Origin: Patescibacteria group bacterium
GTDB lineage: Bacteria > Patescibacteriota > Patescibacteriia > UBA9934 > GWF2-40-263
Direction: 5' to 3'
Assembly (NCBI GenBank): GCA_041661745.1
Contig: JBAZTR010000002.1
Coordinates: 132,368-196,367, forward strand
Length of the DNA: 64,000 nucleotides
The notes below the pieces were generated by a model. That model worked only from the letters and a program-made list of their open reading frames with translations, did not search any database and was not told the DNA's origin. Position 1 is the stretch's first letter. Each line of letters starts with the position of its first letter. Position numbers and translations under genes: made by a program. Below, piece after piece: positions 62,243 to 64,000 of this stretch.

Positions 62243-63451
62243 ATGGCATCGACAACGACTGCGACTGCGGCCCTGGCGGCCAAAGTCAAGGCGGTCAGTG
62301 TCGATGTTCTTGCCCGGAACATCGGGCGCGGCGACGTGGTTAAGGCCACGTGGCTCGCGCTACTTACGGGCCGTCCGGCGTTCTTTCTAGGATCGCCGGG
62401 CGTCAACAAGACCGGCACTGTCGAGGCCCTCGCGGGCCGAGTAGACGGTGCGGTTTTCTTCGAAGCCCTCATGCCGGTCATCGCGTCGAGCGAACAGCTC
62501 CTCGTCGAGTCGACCAGCATCGAGGAAATGCCGGCCGCAAACGGCGGCAAGAGCATCCGCACCCGCGATGAGCTAGGGCGCGCAGCGAAAGCGCACCTGG
62601 TCTTCGCGGACGAAATTTGGAAGGCGGACCCCCGTGTCCTCCAGACCCTGCTCGACCTTTCGAAAGGCGACGGGGTAAGGCATGAGGGGTCCATGGTCAA
62701 GACGCCGCTCATGGCGTTCTTGGCCGCATCGAACGAACTGCCCGAAGAGGAGGGAAACCTCGCGGCCCTGTGGTCCCGTATGACCATTAGGGTCGTGGTG
62801 AATCCTCTCGACCGCGGCGGCAAGCTCGCGCTTGCCAAGGCGCGGCTCGCCGGGCAAAAGTCGGGCGTGGGCGGCAACGCGGTTTCTTCCGCGAAGCTCT
62901 CGCTCGATGAAGTCCGTCAACTTCGTGCGGCCCGCAACACCGTCATCGTCCCGGACTCCATCGTGGAGCTTGTGCTGGAAATCTACCAGCAGCTCCTCGA
63001 CAAAGAGGACGGCGACTTCGATTGGCTGTGGGCCGACGATCGGCGCTTCGGCCGGGTTCTCGACGTCCTGCAGGCCAATGCCCTGCTCGACGGCCGGAAC
63101 ACGGTCACGAAGCAGGACCTCGCGGTCCTCGAGTGGCTGCTCTGGAATGATCCGGAGCAGATCGGGACGGTAAAGGCGGTGCTTGCACCGTACTGCCGGA
63201 CTCCGCTCGACGACGCCCGCGAGCTCGTCGATGCACTTCTGGCCCCGGGCGGAACCGTGGCCGAGGTTCGTGGTGGCGCACGAGGCAAGGGCGTCCAAGC
63301 GCTGACGCAGGTCGAAGAAACCTGCAAGGCGCTCGAGGCGCTCAAGGCCAACGCCGGCCCGCTTGCCGGCGACGTCGACGCCCTGCTCCGCCAGACCGTG
63401 GCGGTGAAACAGGAAGTAATCAACGTCATCACCGGCGCGGTCCGGAGGTAA
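62243..63451 (+). CDS. MoxR/RavA-family AAA+ ATPase
   Basis: FLGSPGVNKT (variant Walker A), VFADEIWKA.P.VLQTLL, AASNELP...LAALWSR, DDRRF. Confidence 0.88.
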   Translation: MASTTTATAALAAKVKAVSVDVLARNIGRGDVVKATWLALLTGRPAFFLGSPGVNKTGTVEALAGRVDGAVFFEALMPVIASSEQLLVESTSIEEMPAANGGKSIRTRDELGRAAKAHLVFADEIWKADPRVLQTLLDLSKGDGVRHEGSMVKTPLMAFLAASNELPEEEGNLAALWSRMTIRVVVNPLDRGGKLALAKARLAGQKSGVGGNAVSSAKLSLDEVRQLRAARNTVIVPDSIVELVLEIYQQLLDKEDGDFDWLWADDRRFGRVLDVLQANALLDGRNTVTKQDLAVLEWLLWNDPEQIGTVKAVLAPYCRTPLDDARELVDALLAPGGTVAEVRGGARGKGVQALTQVEETCKALEALKANAGPLAGDVDALLRQTVAVKQEVINVITGAVRR

Positions 63452-63454
63452 GCA

Positions 63455-64000
63455 ATGGCCACCAAGCCGGCGCTTATCGGCCGCGGGGAGCTGCAGAAGC
63501 TTCTTGTGACTGATGCGGACGCGTTCACCGCGCTCCGCTACCTTCGTCACCGCGACGAAGTTCCTGCCCTCGCCGAAATTGAGGAGCAGGGAGAGGTAAA
63601 GCACCCCGGAACAGCCGGATGCCTTACGGATCTCTACCACGCACTTTGGGCCCCTGAGCCCGAGGTTCGCGAAGAGTCCAAGGTTCCGGCTGATCGCCGC
63701 TGGTGGCGCCAGCTTCTGGCCCAAACCGTTTCGACGGGTGGGTACCAGGAGCTACACGCCGCCACTGAACTCTCCGACCTTCGGAGTGTTCTCGGCACGG
63801 TCACAATGGGCGAGACGGTTCTTGCCTGTGTGTCCGACGAGGACGCCGAGAAGCTCGAGGAGCTTTCGCAGGCGCAGGCTAAGGCCGACGACTTGGCAGC
63901 GCAAGCTAGCCAGGCACAGGCCGAGGCCGACGCCATGCAAGCGGCATCCGGGGAAATGGAGGGGCAGACCGGCGCCGGTTCCCCTTCGGAAAAAAATTCC
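63455..64000 (+). CDS. Probable VWA (ViaA/CoxE-like) partner of the MoxR ATPase, 5' part only
   Basis: Open frame to the window end with SD GGAGGT; DLYHALW.PEP...Y.EL...T...D N-terminus; position right after the RavA-like gene; the VWA domain itself is not in the window. Confidence 0.6.
   Translation, partial: MATKPALIGRGELQKLLVTDADAFTALRYLRHRDEVPALAEIEEQGEVKHPGTAGCLTDLYHALWAPEPEVREESKVPADRRWWRQLLAQTVSTGGYQELHAATELSDLRSVLGTVTMGETVLACVSDEDAEKLEELSQAQAKADDLAAQASQAQAEADAMQAASGEMEGQTGAGSPSEKNS

Noticed and set aside
59278-63940. Long antisense and alternate-frame ORFs (e.g. 59278-60276, 62573-63724)
   Set aside because: Shadow ORFs expected opposite GC-rich genes with strong codon bias; no motifs

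Overview
Chromosomal segment of a Patescibacteria (CPR/Parcubacteria-like) bacterium using the standard genetic code. The taxonomic call is inferred from the 16S signatures, the SD-less core genes and the DUF4012/GT4 cluster. Core genes include secG, rnj, trpS, rnpB, ruvA/ruvC, rpsP, trmD, khpA, rpoB/rpoC, ftsK, recA, efp, rpsF-ssb-rpsR, tdk and a Xer recombinase, plus a stand-alone 16S rRNA and six tRNAs. Five things stand out. (1) A complete TrpR operator + trpR + Trp-Trp leader peptide/attenuator module sits in front of non-biosynthetic genes next to trpS. (2) From about 57.4 kb to the window end there is a regulated, GC-rich island: a divergent TrmB-like regulator, a ~500-nt structured non-coding leader with repeated boxA-like sites, a duplicated 22-aa peptide module, a DHH-like protein, a Csx3/Crn3 ring nuclease with its partner P-loop ATPase, and a MoxR/RavA ATPase with a probable VWA partner, with no CRISPR array or cas core genes in the window. 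(3) Small palindromic elements are pervasive; they build 'shadow' copies of tRNA ends and sit in-frame in genes. (4) A candidate 6S RNA. (5) A structured rpoB leader. All RNA structures were paired by eye and no database searches were run.
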